Source: Mobula hypostoma (lineage: Eukaryota). From it: a DNA stretch of 64,000 nt. Both the position numbers and the translations under genes were made by a program. The notes below the pieces were generated by a model, which did no database searches, had not been told where the DNA came from, and worked only from the letters and a program-made list of their open reading frames with translations. Positions 39,148 through 53,184 of this stretch are shown piece by piece (within the stretch, counting starts at the first letter, position 1; each line of letters starts with the position of its first letter). Location: assembly GCF_963921235.1 (NCBI RefSeq), contig NC_086117.1, positions 25,172,001 to 25,236,000 on the forward strand, written 5' to 3'.

Positions 39148-40328
39148 GCAACACACAAAAAAAGCTGGAGGAGCTCAGCAGGTCAGGCAGCATCTACGGA
39201 AATGAATGAATTGTCGACGTTTCAGGCCAAGACTCTTCTTCAGGACTGGAAAGGAAGTGGGAAGATGCCTATGGGGCAAAGGGAAGAGGGTTAGCTAGAA
39301 GGTGATAGGTGTAGTCGGGTGGGTAGGAAAGATAAGGGCTGGAAAGGAAGGAATCTGATAGGAGAGAAGAGTGGACCACAGGAGAAAGGGAAGGAGAAAG
39401 GGACCCAGGGGAAGAGGCCAGACTGGGGAACAGAAGAAGAGGAGATGCTATCAGGCTGGAGACTATCCAGACAGAATACAATGTGTTGCTAGACCAGACA
39501 AAATACAAGGAGTTGATCCTCTACCCTGACAGTAGCCTCATTTTGGTACATAGGGAGGCAATGGACCAACATATCGGAAGGGGAAAGAGAATTGGAGTTA
39601 GGCCACCAGGACGTTCCACTTTTGGTGAATAAAGTAGATGTGCTTGACGTAGTGGTTCCCCAACTTACAATGGATCTCAGTAATGCAGAGGAAGCCTCAT
39701 TTGGTGCACCAGACACAATAGATGACCCCAGCAAATTTGCAGGTGAACGATTGTCTCACTTGGAAGGACCTTTGAGGCCCTGAATGGAGATGAGGGAGGA
39801 GGTGAATGGACAGGTATAGCACTTTGGCCACCTGCAGTGATGTGCTGGAGGGAGATTAGTGGGGAGGGATGAATGGACAAGGGAATCATTGAAGGGAGTA
39901 ATCCTTGTGAAAAGTGGAGGGGGAGGGAGGTAAAGATATGTTTGGTGGTAGGATCCCTTTGGAGATGGCGGAAGTTGTGGAGCATGACGCGTTGGATGCA
40001 GAGGCTCAAGGGGTGGTAGGTAAGGACAAGAGGAACTCATCACTGTTAAGGCAACTGGAAGATGAGGTGAGCACGGATGTTTGGGAAATAGAGGAGATAT
40101 GGGTGAGGGCAGCAATGGTGGAGGAAGGGAAACCCTATTCTTTGAAGAAAGAGGACATCTCTGATGTCCTGTAATGTAAAGTCACTTGCTGGGAACAGAT
40201 GTGGCAGAGACGAAGAAACTGAGAAAAGGGAATAGCATTTTTATAGAAGACATGGGGTGTGAAGAGATATAGTCAAGATAACCATAGAAATCAGTAGGTT
40301 TATAAAAGATGTCGGTCAACAGTTTGCC
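39148..40328 (-). mobile_element. Penelope-like element fragment: RT C-terminus, GIY-YIG and pseudo-LTR
   Basis: FYKPTDFYGYLDYISSHP (RT thumb); FTCKFAGVIYCVWCTK*GFLCITE (degenerate GIY-YIG); hammerhead motif at 39211-39248. Confidence 0.8.
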
Positions 40329-40544
40329 ATATACATGAAGTAAGAATAACAATGCTTGAACTATAAAAACAACCAGAAAATCAGATGAGTATTGCTTGTG
40401 CCAATAATAATCACATTTGGCACCTGTTGCTTTGTTCCCTTCATTTATGACCCAAAAGACAGACTTTTTGCCCATCAGATCGATGCAGTCTCTCAGAGAA
40501 TCTCATTTTTCCAATAATTTCCTTGCAAATCTATTCTTTTACAC

Positions 40545-40760
40545 ATATCCATTAATATAACCAGTTCTCCAACCAGCCACCCACACAAGTACTTTACAAC
40601 AGCCAATTAACCTATGAGCCCCACATATCTGAGATGTGTGAGGAAAGCAGAGCCCAGGGAGAAACCCACACAGACACCAGGGAGAATGTGCAAACTCTAC
40701 ATTAATAACACTGGAGTTAAGAGACAGCGGCACTACCTGCAACGGAACTCTACCCTTTCC
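40545..40760 (-). mobile_element. V-SINE/HE1-like SINE
   Basis: gaggaaagcagagcccagggagaaacccacacagacaccagggagaatgtgcaaactc core. Confidence 0.6.
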
Positions 40761-40789
40761 TCTTTCCTTCTGCCACTGTGGGACAAGTG

Positions 40790-41040
40790 GAGTTATCCTC
40801 TCTGGTTCAGGAGCCTGATGGTTGAGGGGTAATAACTGTCCCTGGATCTGGTGCTGAGAGTCCTGAGGCTCCCGTACCTTCTTCCTGATGGCAGCAGCGT
40901 GAAGAGAACATGGCATGGATGGTGGGGGTCCCTGATGATGGATAATGCTTTCCTGTGACAACACTTCAAGTAGATGCGCTCAATGGTGGGAAGAGCTTTA
41001 TCTGTGATGGACTAGGCCATATCCACTACTTTTTGGTCAG
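40790..41040 (-). mobile_element. Rex/Babar LINE 3' fragment
   Basis: ctggttcaggagcctgatggttgagggg...cttcttcctgatggcagcag, a typical 3' segment. Confidence 0.6.
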
Positions 41041-43731
41041 GTGCATTACAGGCAATATATTGTCTCCTTCACTCTGTCAATGATTTCAGATGTCTTTTTT
41101 GATATCACAGAGAGAAATAAATGCGCTGAAGATTGATTTCTGTGCTGGCGGGGTCCTCAACAGAAAACTACCATGGATTATCTATGCAACATGATGAAAT
41201 ATTTTCAACCTTGCCTTTTGCTCAAACAAAGCCCCACCATCAATAAGATTCTTGAAGCCTTTTCTTCCTACTCATATTTAATTGCCCACACCTACTCATA
41301 ACTAGATCCCATCCACCGGTTGCAAGATCACATAGTCCAGTGCAGTGCAACTCTTCAGTATACTTGAGCCTCATTAGATTGGCATTTCATCATCTGTAGG
41401 TATTCCTGCAGCTGCTCCTGTCATGCCCTTCTGCACTCCACATTGATCCATGGCTGGACAGTAATGATAAGAGATATGCCAGCCATGGGGGTTATACATT
41501 ATAGTAATGAATATTCTTGATGCCACACCTCATGGAACTCCAGTTCAAGGTGCTAGATCTGTTTTCTATGCATCTTATTCAGCACAATGGTGTCTCTGTT
41601 GAGAAGTCATGAGACTGTCTTCACAGAGACTGTACCATGGTCACTTCTACTAATGTTATCACGGACAGATGCACTGGCAATAACAAGAATGGGGAGGATG
41701 CTGTAATATTTTTCATGAGTTCTGGCAACCATGTCTTTCAAAACTTGATTAGTGCTTCCAAGCTGCTCTTGGTGATGAACACTGATGTCCCTAATCAAAG
41801 CACATCTACTGGAAATGGAGACGGACTTGTCAGCTGAGATAATATATAATAATCAGAAGAAGGCTTGTACTTGATTTGGAGTCTGCAGGTCATCCTTGTT
41901 TTGTCTTAAATACCACAGTGCCAGCACCTAGGGATTATCATGGCACCCTGTCGGCAAGATATCATCTGCGTGATCCAATGAGCAACAACGTCAGCCTACT
42001 GCCTGACCAGTCCGATTAACAGCTTTCCCAATTTAGACATAACTTGCTAGATGTTTGAGAGCTTTGCAAAGCCAAGTAAGCTGGAAGCAACTTTGCTGTA
42101 CCCAAATTTAATCCCTAGATCTATACCAGGTGGTTTATCTATAAAACTTTCCCCCTTTTTTGTAAATGAAGTGGTAATGCAAGAGAGCTGTACTTGTCCA
42201 TTTCAGAGTCATTCTTAATCATAGTTTGACCTCAGGCAGAAGTTAAACTACATAGGGATGGCAGATTTCTTCTCCTACAGAAGATCAGTCAGATTTTTCA
42301 ACAATTTGATGGTTTTCATGATCATTAAAAGATAAATTATTTTTCCAAAATCAGCATCATTTTGAAACACAAATTCTACAGAAGCCATTTTGAGATTTGA
42401 ACAGTGTCCAAATTGTTAATTCAAACCTCTCAATCAGTAATCCAAGAATTCAACCCCCAGATCACTGCATACCTTGTTAGAATTACTAAATTTAGACCAG
42501 AAAAAACATATCCACCTTCCACACCCTCCACTATCCAAAATTCTTTACAGCCAATGAAATTTATCTTGTGTTATCAATACCAGAATGTAGAAAGTACTAA
42601 ACCCAATGGTTATAAAATAAGATTACACATTAAATTTGATCAGATTATCTGCTTTAGCAAATGCCAATTCAAGAATAAATATTAATCACTACATCAAGTT
42701 GTTTTACATTAATCTGAGAAGGCAAAGAAGAAGTTGGTTTAATACTCCTTAAATTCATACCAGCCATTCAATAAATACAAGGCAGAAATCTGTCAAATAC
42801 AGGGACTTGCTGGAATATAACTGATTAAAGACATATGAAATACTTTAAAGATGTGTATTTCTGTGATATTCAAGCAGTGATATATAAGAAAATACTTTCT
42901 AATCCACACATTATGCACATTCATATCAAGGACAAGAACACATTCACTGAATACGAATGCGAGTGTCACTAGTATATTACACAACATTGAAATGACAACA
43001 TGAATTTGATTATATTTCCCCATCTAAATGAAACTAATCAACAGACAGTGGAAAAACTGCATTTCACACCAATAGCACTGGTACTAATGAATAATCATGA
43101 TACCTTTCCCTCTCGGAAATTAATGCAAAGTAGGGTTATAGTTCCCGGAATTTATTGGATAAGGGCTTTGATTAAAACTTTGCACGATATTACAGGGAAA
43201 TTAACGAACTATTTCACTGGCTGAGTAATTTGTAGCAGCAAAGTCGGGATGTATTTCTGGAACCGAAAGAGAATAGAAAGTACGAAACAACGTTTGAATT
43301 CAAGCCATTACTAATTTCAAATCTAAAGCTCATTGAAATTTATGAAGTTCTATCGCTACATTAAATTTATGAAGGACTACGAAACAAAAGCCAGGTATAT
43401 AGGTCAAAGATTATATAATCCATTAGCATTCTCGAGTTTGCAAGTCCCCTCAAACGGAGGCTACATAACTTATTTAGGCTTTCATTAATATCGTTTCGCA
43501 TTCTTGTTTTCATCTGTCTCGATCCAAGAAAATGCTTTGCTTGTTAAAGTTTGCAACAGCTGTCATGCAAACAGAGTCCGTTTATTTAAGCGCATCGAGT
43601 GGTGTATGAGAATTGATATTTGTATGTATATGAAAGTGTATATCATACAAATGAATTCAAAATTGCATGCTACAAGTTATATTGCAAGATAACACTATAT
43701 CTGAGATATATTTAAATTCCCACCAACTCAC

Positions 43732-44067
43732 TGTCTGTGGTTGGTCTATCCAGTTAACTTCAAACCCATCAAACGCGTGGCTTTGGACGTTCTTCTTTAA
43801 TTCCCTGATCAATATCGGCTCCGCTTGCCGCAGAAAACGAACCAGACGCGGAAAATCAACCGATGGCTCGATGTTCTGATCCAGGACCGAGAGCTCTCGG
43901 CCGTCGTTCAGCTCTGTCTGCGTACTGATCTCCGCGCTACGTCGTATCTGCACTGAGGCTTCGGCACGCCGAACCTCCACTGTTTGACAAACTGCGTCAC
44001 AGAGCTCAGGAGCTTTTCTCCAGCGCGACTCCACTGACACGGCCTCTTGTACCTCATCGGTGAACAT
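43732..44067 (-). CDS. DYNC2I2: DYNC2I2/WDR34 coding exon 1 (dynein-2 intermediate chain)
   Basis: [17 protein letters not shown]...CQT...STQTE...[24 protein letters not shown], then donor gtgagt. The 8 exons splice in frame to 1503 nt (500 aa). Confidence 0.95.
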
Positions 44068-44597
44068 GGTCCGTTAAGTTATAAAACCAAATAGAATCTA
44101 AATCGATTTTAGTTTATTTCTTAACCGAAATGTTCAGAGCTAAGGACTCATCCGCCTCCCACACACACACAAAAAAGAACCCTCTGTCACACAGAGCATG
44201 AGCTAATATTCGACGCGACCCAATCAGCGCGCCCTGTCGCCATGACGACCTGGTCCAATTGGTGCCCAATGCCTCCTGACGTCACCGTGGCCCCTCGCGC
44301 CGCCACGGCCGCCGCCAAGACTGGCCAATGGAAGGCAACGCTGAAGGGTATGTAGGCGCAAGGGCGGCGCACTGCGCATGCGTGGTAGTTTGGAGCGCTT
44401 GTGGTGTGTACGCGCGCGTGCGTGTGGAGCTATTGGGCTCGAGCGTTTTTTTACTGTGGTAGAGGCGCGAGACCCACTGAGCCTTCGAGGGGGGAAAAGA
44501 GACCGAACCAAGGGAAGATTAAAAAAAAAGCGCGAGTCAGAGCTTTTCATCTTTTTTTTCCTCCTTTTTTTATTTCCCCCTCTTTCCTTCTTCCAAG
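44068..44597. promoter_or_regulatory. Bidirectional CpG-island promoter for DYNC2I2 and SET
   Basis: CCAAT boxes at 44220, 44255, 44266 and 44325; X-box-like GTCGCCATGACGAC at 44236-44249; CRE TGACGTCA at 44277-44284; NRF1-like TGCGCATGCG at 44373-44382. Confidence 0.85.
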
Positions 44598-44670
44598 ATG
44601 TCGGTCCCAGCGACAAAGATGAGTAAAAAAGAGGTGAACTCGAACCATGATGGAGCAGACGAGACCTCAG
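44598..44670 (+). CDS. SET: SET coding exon 1 (TAF-I beta type)
   Basis: MSVPATKMSKKEVNSNHDGADETS, donor CAG/gtaatt. The 8 exons give 834 nt (277 aa). Confidence 0.96.
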
Positions 44671-44983
44671 GTAATTTCGAGACACGGGATTTTTTTTTGC
44701 TAAATGTATGTATTGTGTATAAAGCTGTGTAAGTTGTGTTTGGAACCTTCTGTGAGTTGAGTGAAGGCCTGTTTGAGTATGTATAATATTAATGTGTGTG
44801 TGTGTATATATGCGCGGAATGGCGGTCCCACGCTCCCCCTCTCGGTCAGGCTGGAGAGGAGCTGAAAGACAGCGCGGGAGGGTAACTCATTCACTCCGGC
44901 GCCATGTTTATGAACTCGCGTACAGAGGGAGAAAAAAAGACAGAATCTCTCCTCCTCCTCCCTCATTGTGTAAGGCGGCCGCC

Positions 44984-45035
44984 ATGATACCAGGAAAGAG
45001 AAACGGAGCCGCCGCGGCCTGCTCATCGGCCGGAG
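44984..45035 (+). CDS. SET: Candidate alternative first coding exon of SET
   Basis: GCCGCCATG Kozak; MIPGKRNGAAAACSSAG; consensus donor GAG/gtgagt in phase 1, in frame with exon 2. Confidence 0.55.
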
Positions 45036-46258
45036 GTGAGTTGCTCCATTTCTCCACACACGCACTCCCGCCTCCACGCGAATGCAAGAGCGGCAAGGGC
45101 AATGTGCTGCGAGCGATGTTCCGACTGTTGCCTCCCGCTAGTATCTGCATTACTTGGGGTGGGTTGGAGACTGGCGACTGGGGAACAGAGGCCTAACCAC
45201 GCGGCCTGGTGTTAAAGGGATTAGCTTTTTCTTGCTCGCTGGGAGTAAGGTGATTTGAACCGCGAGCGCCGGAAATGAAAAGCCACAATACTACTCAAAC
45301 CATAACTCCACACATGGGGTATTTGTGGAGATTAATTTTATTGAGCTCCGCTTTGGTTTTAAGACTTGCATATTTTCCTTTTAAAATTGGTGGTTTGTGT
45401 GCCTCTGAGACGTATTCTCGGAAATAAAATCCGTCTAAAAGTCAAATTTATTTCCAGAGTTTTATTTCAACCATTATGAAACGGGGGAATTGAATACATA
45501 AATCAAAATCGTAAAAATCGTGTGATAGCACAAATGAACCTATCGTAAATAATATGCATGTTTCGGCAGTTTTTCGTTACAATTCATTTATTTTGTTCTG
45601 TAGAGCCATCGAAGTAGTGACTTCCTTTGGGTAGGAACCACGCGGCCTGTAATTTAGCAGGGGTTCATTCAACACAAAGGGAAGCGGCACTGAAACGTGG
45701 GTCGTTGGCGAATTGTTGACGTTTCTTGGTTTAGATTCGTTATAGCTGAGGTCCGATTGGGATGGAGGAGGAGTTTTGGAGCAATGTGAATCGGGCATCT
45801 ATTTGTGAATGCCATGTTCTATCGCTAATTTTTCCGGTTCTAGTTGAGAAATGTGATAAATAGAGAGAGTATATTCCTTGAGGGTAATCTAGAGCCATTT
45901 AACTAAATTTACTTCTGTTTTTCTATTAAATTCTGGAATGTTTTCTACGAAGTTCATTAAGTGAGTGTTTGTTCCTTTGAAGCTTGCCCATTGCTTTCTA
46001 AGATTTAATGTAATTCTTTTTAAACATAAGTTCATGACCTTTGATGCATAATGAAGTTTACTGCTTCTTTCAGCACAAGATTGAGTGTGGCATTGACTTG
46101 TATTTGAAAGGCAGCATGCTTTAAGATGACGCTTTTCAGAGAAGTTTTTCATGTAGCTGCATCATTTAGAATTATCAAGCGATAAGATTTTTTAAATACT
46201 TGCTAATGTTGTGATTTTTTAATTTAAATAATTTTAAAACATGAAACTTTGCTTGTAG

Positions 46259-46316
46259 AAAAAGAGCAACAGGAAGCCATTGAACACATTGATGAAGTAC
46301 AAAATGAAATAGACAG
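46259..46316 (+). CDS. SET: SET exon 2
   Basis: EKEQQEAIEHIDEVQNEIDR; tag/gtaagg boundaries. Confidence 0.97.
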
Positions 46317-47406
46317 GTAAGGTTAAATAATTTCTGTAACTTTGCATTTTAGCTCCATGGAGCAAATGTCTGGTTTAGCATCAGACAGCATCATTGTTTG
46401 AAAATATTTCCTCTGCTTAATTTGATTCTGATGATGAGACTTTGTAAAATTGCTTTCAAGTCTATCAAATTAATAGAAAATCTCTTAGTTATTTAATTTT
46501 TTGCTGATTTTTAAAGAATTGCTGTACATATTGATAATAAATTGCTGCTATTGTAGATGTACTTATTAAAGTTATAATTTTTAGTTTTATAAAGGATATT
46601 CTGAGTTTTTCAATGCTGACACTATTTGCAGATGGTCAGCTTCACATTTGGATTCCCTCTGAATAGTTAATTTCTGATCCAAATCCAAAATTGTGCCTTG
46701 ATCTTTTAGTTTATTGGGAGATATTCGCTTGGCTTGTTTAAAAACTGATGTTTCCCTCTTATAAAAATTGGCCTCTTTAAATTTATTGAAGTTGCCCATT
46801 ACAGCTAACTCGCTGTAGTTCCCTACTTGCCCTGATTGAATTTTGTTTGTACTTCTAAAGTTTGTGCAGGCCTGTGCTGTAGTTGTGAATTAATTATTAC
46901 TGTGTGGCTGCAGCTAAACATACACCCCATCATTTTGTAACCAAATGCTTTTAGAGTTTGCTTGGCATTTTAGTTGAGATTTTTTAATGCATCTCACAAT
47001 TTCTTGCTGAATTGGAAAATTGGTACATTACTATTTAAAATGAGCAAAAATCCAATATGAAGAAACTTGGGTTATATGGCTAGGCAATCGGGTTTGTGGA
47101 TTATTAGCACTCATTTGAAAGGTTACAAGGGGGGAGTGGTGAAATAGTAGTGGTGTAAGTGAGAGAAGAGTTGTAGAGCTTGTATTTCAGTGGATAATTT
47201 GCTGTCTTGGAAGAGGTCAGTATAATTTATGTTGACTTTTGATTTTGGCGACTAATAGTTCATCTGGCTTCACTTTTTTTGGAGAGACCTTTAGCAATGC
47301 ATGCTGGATTGTGAACAGAAGTGTGGTAAATTGTATGTCTTGAACTCTTTGTCTTTTTTACTTTTTGCCTCAAATGTAATATTCAATAGGCTACTAATAA
47401 TTGTGA

Positions 47407-47583
<177 letters not shown>

Positions 47584-49010
47584 TAAAATGAAGTGAATTT
47601 TGGTGGGTGGTCAAACTCTGGAAGGTCATTAAATAGGACATTTATTTGAAGATGGGTTGTCTTGTGAAAATGAAATTTTCATGTTTTGCTGAAAGTACTA
47701 TGTTCAACTGAGCAGTATAGTCTTTGTAACTGTCTAATTAGTGTAATACTTTAAGGCTACAATATGTTGATAAACTGAACTTTATAGCATTTGTAATTAT
47801 TATTACTTGCCAAGAGGTGGCTCTCCTTAATGGTGACCCCTGGAGGGAGCCATTGTTTATTGCACATTGTAATTAAAATGGTGTGGCTTACTGCACTTAC
47901 AATTTGAAGCACTGAGTATTTGGTATTTGTGTGGGGCTAGAGCTTCAGTGGATTATGCTGCTTCTGTGGTCAAAAATTGTTTCCCAAGCTAGGTTGTAGC
48001 TTTTTTGTGGCCTTTGGCATAGAATCATATAATAAGTGGTTATAACTTGATGCCAACTCTTTCCAAGTTTGTTATGTATTGTTTTTACAACTGGGTTAAA
48101 TGTGGTAGTAATTACAAAGACAAGTTAAGTTCATTTCTGCTTTAAATCTAAACTTAATTCCAGTTTTAACATTTGGGAAGATTTAGAGTAGATCTATCCA
48201 TCACCTATTCAATTTTTACCCACCTAAATATTCCTGTGGTGGGTATCTGTATAAAATTGATTGTTTTCTCATTATTGATAATGCCTGGTGCAATCCCATA
48301 AAGTAAACACCTTGCTTCATGGACAGGATTCTGTGAAAATTTTTATAATTCTGCTGTAAAATTTGGTGGCAGCTTGAGTCTATATGTAAATTGGGGTGTA
48401 TAGCAAAATGGGGGGTTTCCACAGCTGAAATTTTTATCTTCTGTCTTGCTCCATTGCATCCCTGAAGGGGAGGATCTTTGGGAATCATATTTCCTTTCCA
48501 ATTCACAAAGGCTTTTTGTTGGCGGGGGGGAGCTAAAATTGATGCCCAATTCAGCTTTTTTTTGGCAAAGTGGGTAGTTTAATTTTGTTTTTAATGTAAC
48601 ACGTTATTGCTCTAGATTGTTAATATGTAATTATTTGTAATACAGTTACTGCTTATCCAACAGTGTTTGAAATTGTATGAATAAATGTATTTGCCTTTCA
48701 CCAATGTCCATTTGTACTGTGGGAAATTCTTGTAGTTGAGTAGAATAAGGATCTGTGACAACCAAGAGATGTATTTGAAAAATGTTGATTGTGGAACTCT
48801 GACTTGCTGACTTAATTATTAGAGGAATTTTGACATATACAAATTATTTTGTCCATGGATGCATGTTAATGTGTTTCCTTTTTTATTTTGTGCTCTGAAT
48901 TCAGCATCTTACGTATACTGCTATTTTCTCATAAGTGAGCCACTTAGTGTTTTGACACTTCACATTGAACTGAAATCCTATGATGGTGTTTTTTATACCT
49001 TTATTGCTAA

Positions 49011-49205
<195 letters not shown>

Positions 49206-49916
49206 TAATCATAACTTACATAAATCTTTATTATAATGTGTGGAAACAGCATACAGTTTAAACACGCAATCTATGTGGATGTTGTGTTTTTACCTACCAA
49301 TTGTAATCGTTATGCTCTGTTTTATAGTAAGATGCTGTACTTATTGCATTTAACCTTATTTCTCTAGCGGCCAATGAATATTTCTGAAACTTGTAAATAA
49401 AATGGAGTTCTAAATCCATATTTGATTTATAGTTAGGAATAAATTAATACCTAGAGCTTGGATGAAACAAAGAGATCCCAGAGATATGGATATCCTGTTT
49501 AATACTACACTGGTACCTCACATTCATTGCTGGCCAGTCTGTTTTGTCTGATTGCTCTGAATCACAAACTCTAAAGGGTGGTATTTGGGGGGGGGGGTGG
49601 TGATGGTACACATTCACTGTTATGATGGACAAGTTCAGCTTAATTATGTGCTCTGAAAAGTTGGGTAATTGACCTAAGTGAGGTAGTGGTTATTTAGCCT
49701 GTTGTAAGTTCAAAACTGGAAGAAGATTTAAATTGCTTGGTATAATTATGATTTCTGTGCAAGTTCAAGCAGATTTGATTTTTCTGTGTTGATGTGACAT
49801 TTTCCCAGTAAAACCAATTTGCATTTGCAGCTAACATTTTGTGAAATTGCAGTTTCAATAAAGTTGATGCAAATATTTAGAATTTTTTGTGTAGCTTTTC
49901 CTTAAAGTAATCTTGA

Positions 49917-50183
<267 letters not shown>

Positions 50184-51155
50184 TAAAGTCTAACAGCATA
50201 CAGTGCCAAAAAAAGTGGGAAAACTTGCAAAAAGGGAAACAGTGCTCCTGTATTATCATGGATGCTTTAGTAATTTAATAGATCAATATTTTCATATTAT
50301 TGGCTTTGAAAGTATCTAGATTTGTATTAATTGCAAGATGATGTCAAAGTCCTTAAAAGTGGGGGGGGGCAGTGTGGAACACTTGTTCCATGTACCATCT
50401 ACAACTAAAGGGAAAGACTGTTAGGGTGAGGACAATTGATTATCTTTCATAAGTTTATTAAATAAAGTATTATGGAGCCAAAGTGTAAAAGTTTTCAGGA
50501 ATTGGCCACCGTCTAAGGCAAATATCAGGCTTAAAAAATGTTTCCCATTTCTATACTACCCAAGACTACAGGAGATGTGACTTGTCATTTTCACGGTTTA
50601 AGGTCCAGTCCAATAAATTTTAATTTATTGAGATGCAGCATAGAATCGGCTCTTTTGGACCTTGGATTCCTACTGTTAGCAGCTTAAAATTAGATCAGTA
50701 ATTGCTTCATTCTATAATTTTAATGTTGCTAAGATGTATCTAGGTAGAGTGCTTATAAGATTTTTTTTTTTGTTTTTCCCTGTTTACTAAGCAGTTATTT
50801 TTAAATCTTTAGCATTGTTGCTAGAGAGGTACAAAATTGTCTTCAAGATTGTTAAATTTAGCTTTGACTTTTTATTCTCTTCTATAGTATTGATTTTAAA
50901 TATATGGCAGCAGTTCTTCTTTCCCCTTCCAGATAATAGATCATGACAAAAGCTTAAGAGCAGATCTTGTAATATGATATAGTGGTATTATTCATGTTGA
51001 AACCCTTTGGTTTTCTCTACATTTTTGTCATTGTGCTGAATTAAACTTATCCTTAATTTTTCACTTGAGAATAATGAGATAACTGGGCTCCTTCGTATCG
51101 CCAATGTTGTATTTTAAATTCCCTTACTGACCTTAATGCAATGGGTTGTCTATAA

Positions 51156-51374
<219 letters not shown>

Positions 51375-51969
51375 TGAATATTTTGATTGCTGCTCTTAAT
51401 CGTTTAAGAAGTCCAGCTTTATCAGCAGTTGTCTTGTAGGAAATTCAGTTCTAGTTTTTGATCAAAAGTGGCCCAAAATGGTCTGGTTTTGACTGGATTG
51501 ATTTTAAATTTACTTTCTATCTAGGAACATGGGATGGTATTATGTTAATTTTTCTGAAGCTAACTTAGTTTCATTCACTGGATGTCGTCAATTGTAATTC
51601 TGGCATTTGCTGTATCATCTAAATGCGCTGAAAGCTGTTTGAGTTAGTTGAAGATCTAGATTTTCAACTAAGCCAGACTAAGAATATCCTGGATAGAGCT
51701 GTTTGGGTTGTTTTACTGAATTGTTGCCATAGTTGATGTTAGTTTCATATTCTTGATAAAACTTAAATTCTCCAGTTTCCTTTGTGATTGAATTTACTGA
51801 TTAAATGCCATCCCATGTCAGTAGTAAGCTGGTATTTGAATATTCATTGTTTATCAGTATATACACTTATTGAAATCTAAGTTTGCTGCAACAGCTTTGC
51901 TTTATTTCACTTTGTAGCTTCATGTCATCCAGTGTTGCCCCATTATTGACAATGATGATGTGTTCCCAG

Positions 51970-52116
51970 GTTCCAGATATGGAAGATGAAGAAGGGGACG
52001 GTGAAGAAGAAGATGAAGATGAGGAAGAAGAGGAGGGTTTGGAGGACATTGATGAAGAGGGTGATGAAGATGAAGAAGAAGATGAGGAGGAAGAGGAAGA
52101 AGGGGAAGAAGCAGAG
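51970..52116 (+). CDS. SET: SET exon 7 (acidic tail)
   Basis: [34 protein letters not shown]...EEAE; cag/gttaga boundaries. Confidence 0.95.
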
Positions 52117-52400
52117 GTTAGAGCAGTTGCTTCTGTTTGAAATGTACGGTCTATAATTTTTATACGGCAGGCTAGTTTGGGTAATGAATGCAAAATCCAG
52201 ATTTTGAGTGTCATTTAACCATTATGTGATTACTTGCTAACATATCTTGTAGGAACTTTAAATAGGTCATGGTCAATTTTCTAAATGAAAGTATTAAATA
52301 TTTACTGATTGTTGCATGATTCCTGTGGTTTTCAATTATCAGTTGTTCTTGGAAAATAATTTCAGACATTGTCACTAACCTTTGTCCCTTTTCTTTTCAG

Positions 52401-52424
52401 GAGGAGGAAGGAGAAGATGACTGA
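52401..52424 (+). CDS. SET: SET exon 8 (last coding)
   Basis: Strong polypyrimidine acceptor; EEEGEDD*. Confidence 0.95.
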   Translation, partial: EEEGEDD

Positions 52425-53178
52425 TTTGTTTGCTGTTGACATTCACCACCTCCCCCTACTTTTTTTTTTCTTTAGTCCCTGGGAGCAAGTTGCTGTCTTT
52501 TTGTGCTCAGTTTCCTTGTTCTCCTGAGGTCCTTAAACCATATACACAATTGGGATGAGTTACATGCGCAAACAACAGTGGCAATCTCTTTCTGCCATTT
52601 TCCATGAACTGATGAATTGTCCTCTAACCAGATGATCAGCACACAGACCTCCATAGTAATGTGCTTTGTATTTTTTTTACTTTTTATTTTAACCCCACCA
52701 CTGACAAATTCCCTCTGTTGGAAGCCCAGAACTTCTCTCTACCTTTTGTGCTGTGACCATAGATAATTTTGAATAGGCTTTTTTCTTACCAGTTCTGGCC
52801 CAGAGATTACACTGTGTTTCCATGTGATGTGGACAAATGGCAGTTACCATCGTCCTTGTTTCCTTCTCTCTTGTAACAAATTGGGGTGTGATTGAAGCGC
52901 CTGGGGTAGATGCAGATGGTTGGGTTCTAAAGGGTGGGTTTGTTGGGTATTTTGAGGACATGGCTGTACTTAGCACGTTGATGCATTGTATATTTTTACA
53001 ACATCCCGTGCAACCAAAGCCAACACTTTTAAATATTAATCGATTTGAGCCCCACAGCAGATGGTGACAACCTGTAGAATCTTATTGGAATCTACATTCT
53101 CTAATGTAATTTTTTGTTTCACTGGAAAGGAAAATTGCTCAGTTTTAAACGTTAAAAGTGTACAAGTTGCTTTGTTAC

Positions 53179-53184
53179 AATAAA
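53179..53184 (+). terminator. SET polyadenylation signal
   Basis: AATAAA followed by a CA cleavage context near 53200 and a GT-rich downstream element. Confidence 0.75.

Noticed and set aside
44187-45196. Several ORFs in the promoter and SET intron 1
   Set aside because: Stop-poor CpG island; only the splice-compatible segments were kept.
51867-52214. Poly-Ser ORF on the minus strand
   Set aside because: Antisense shadow of the SET acidic exon.
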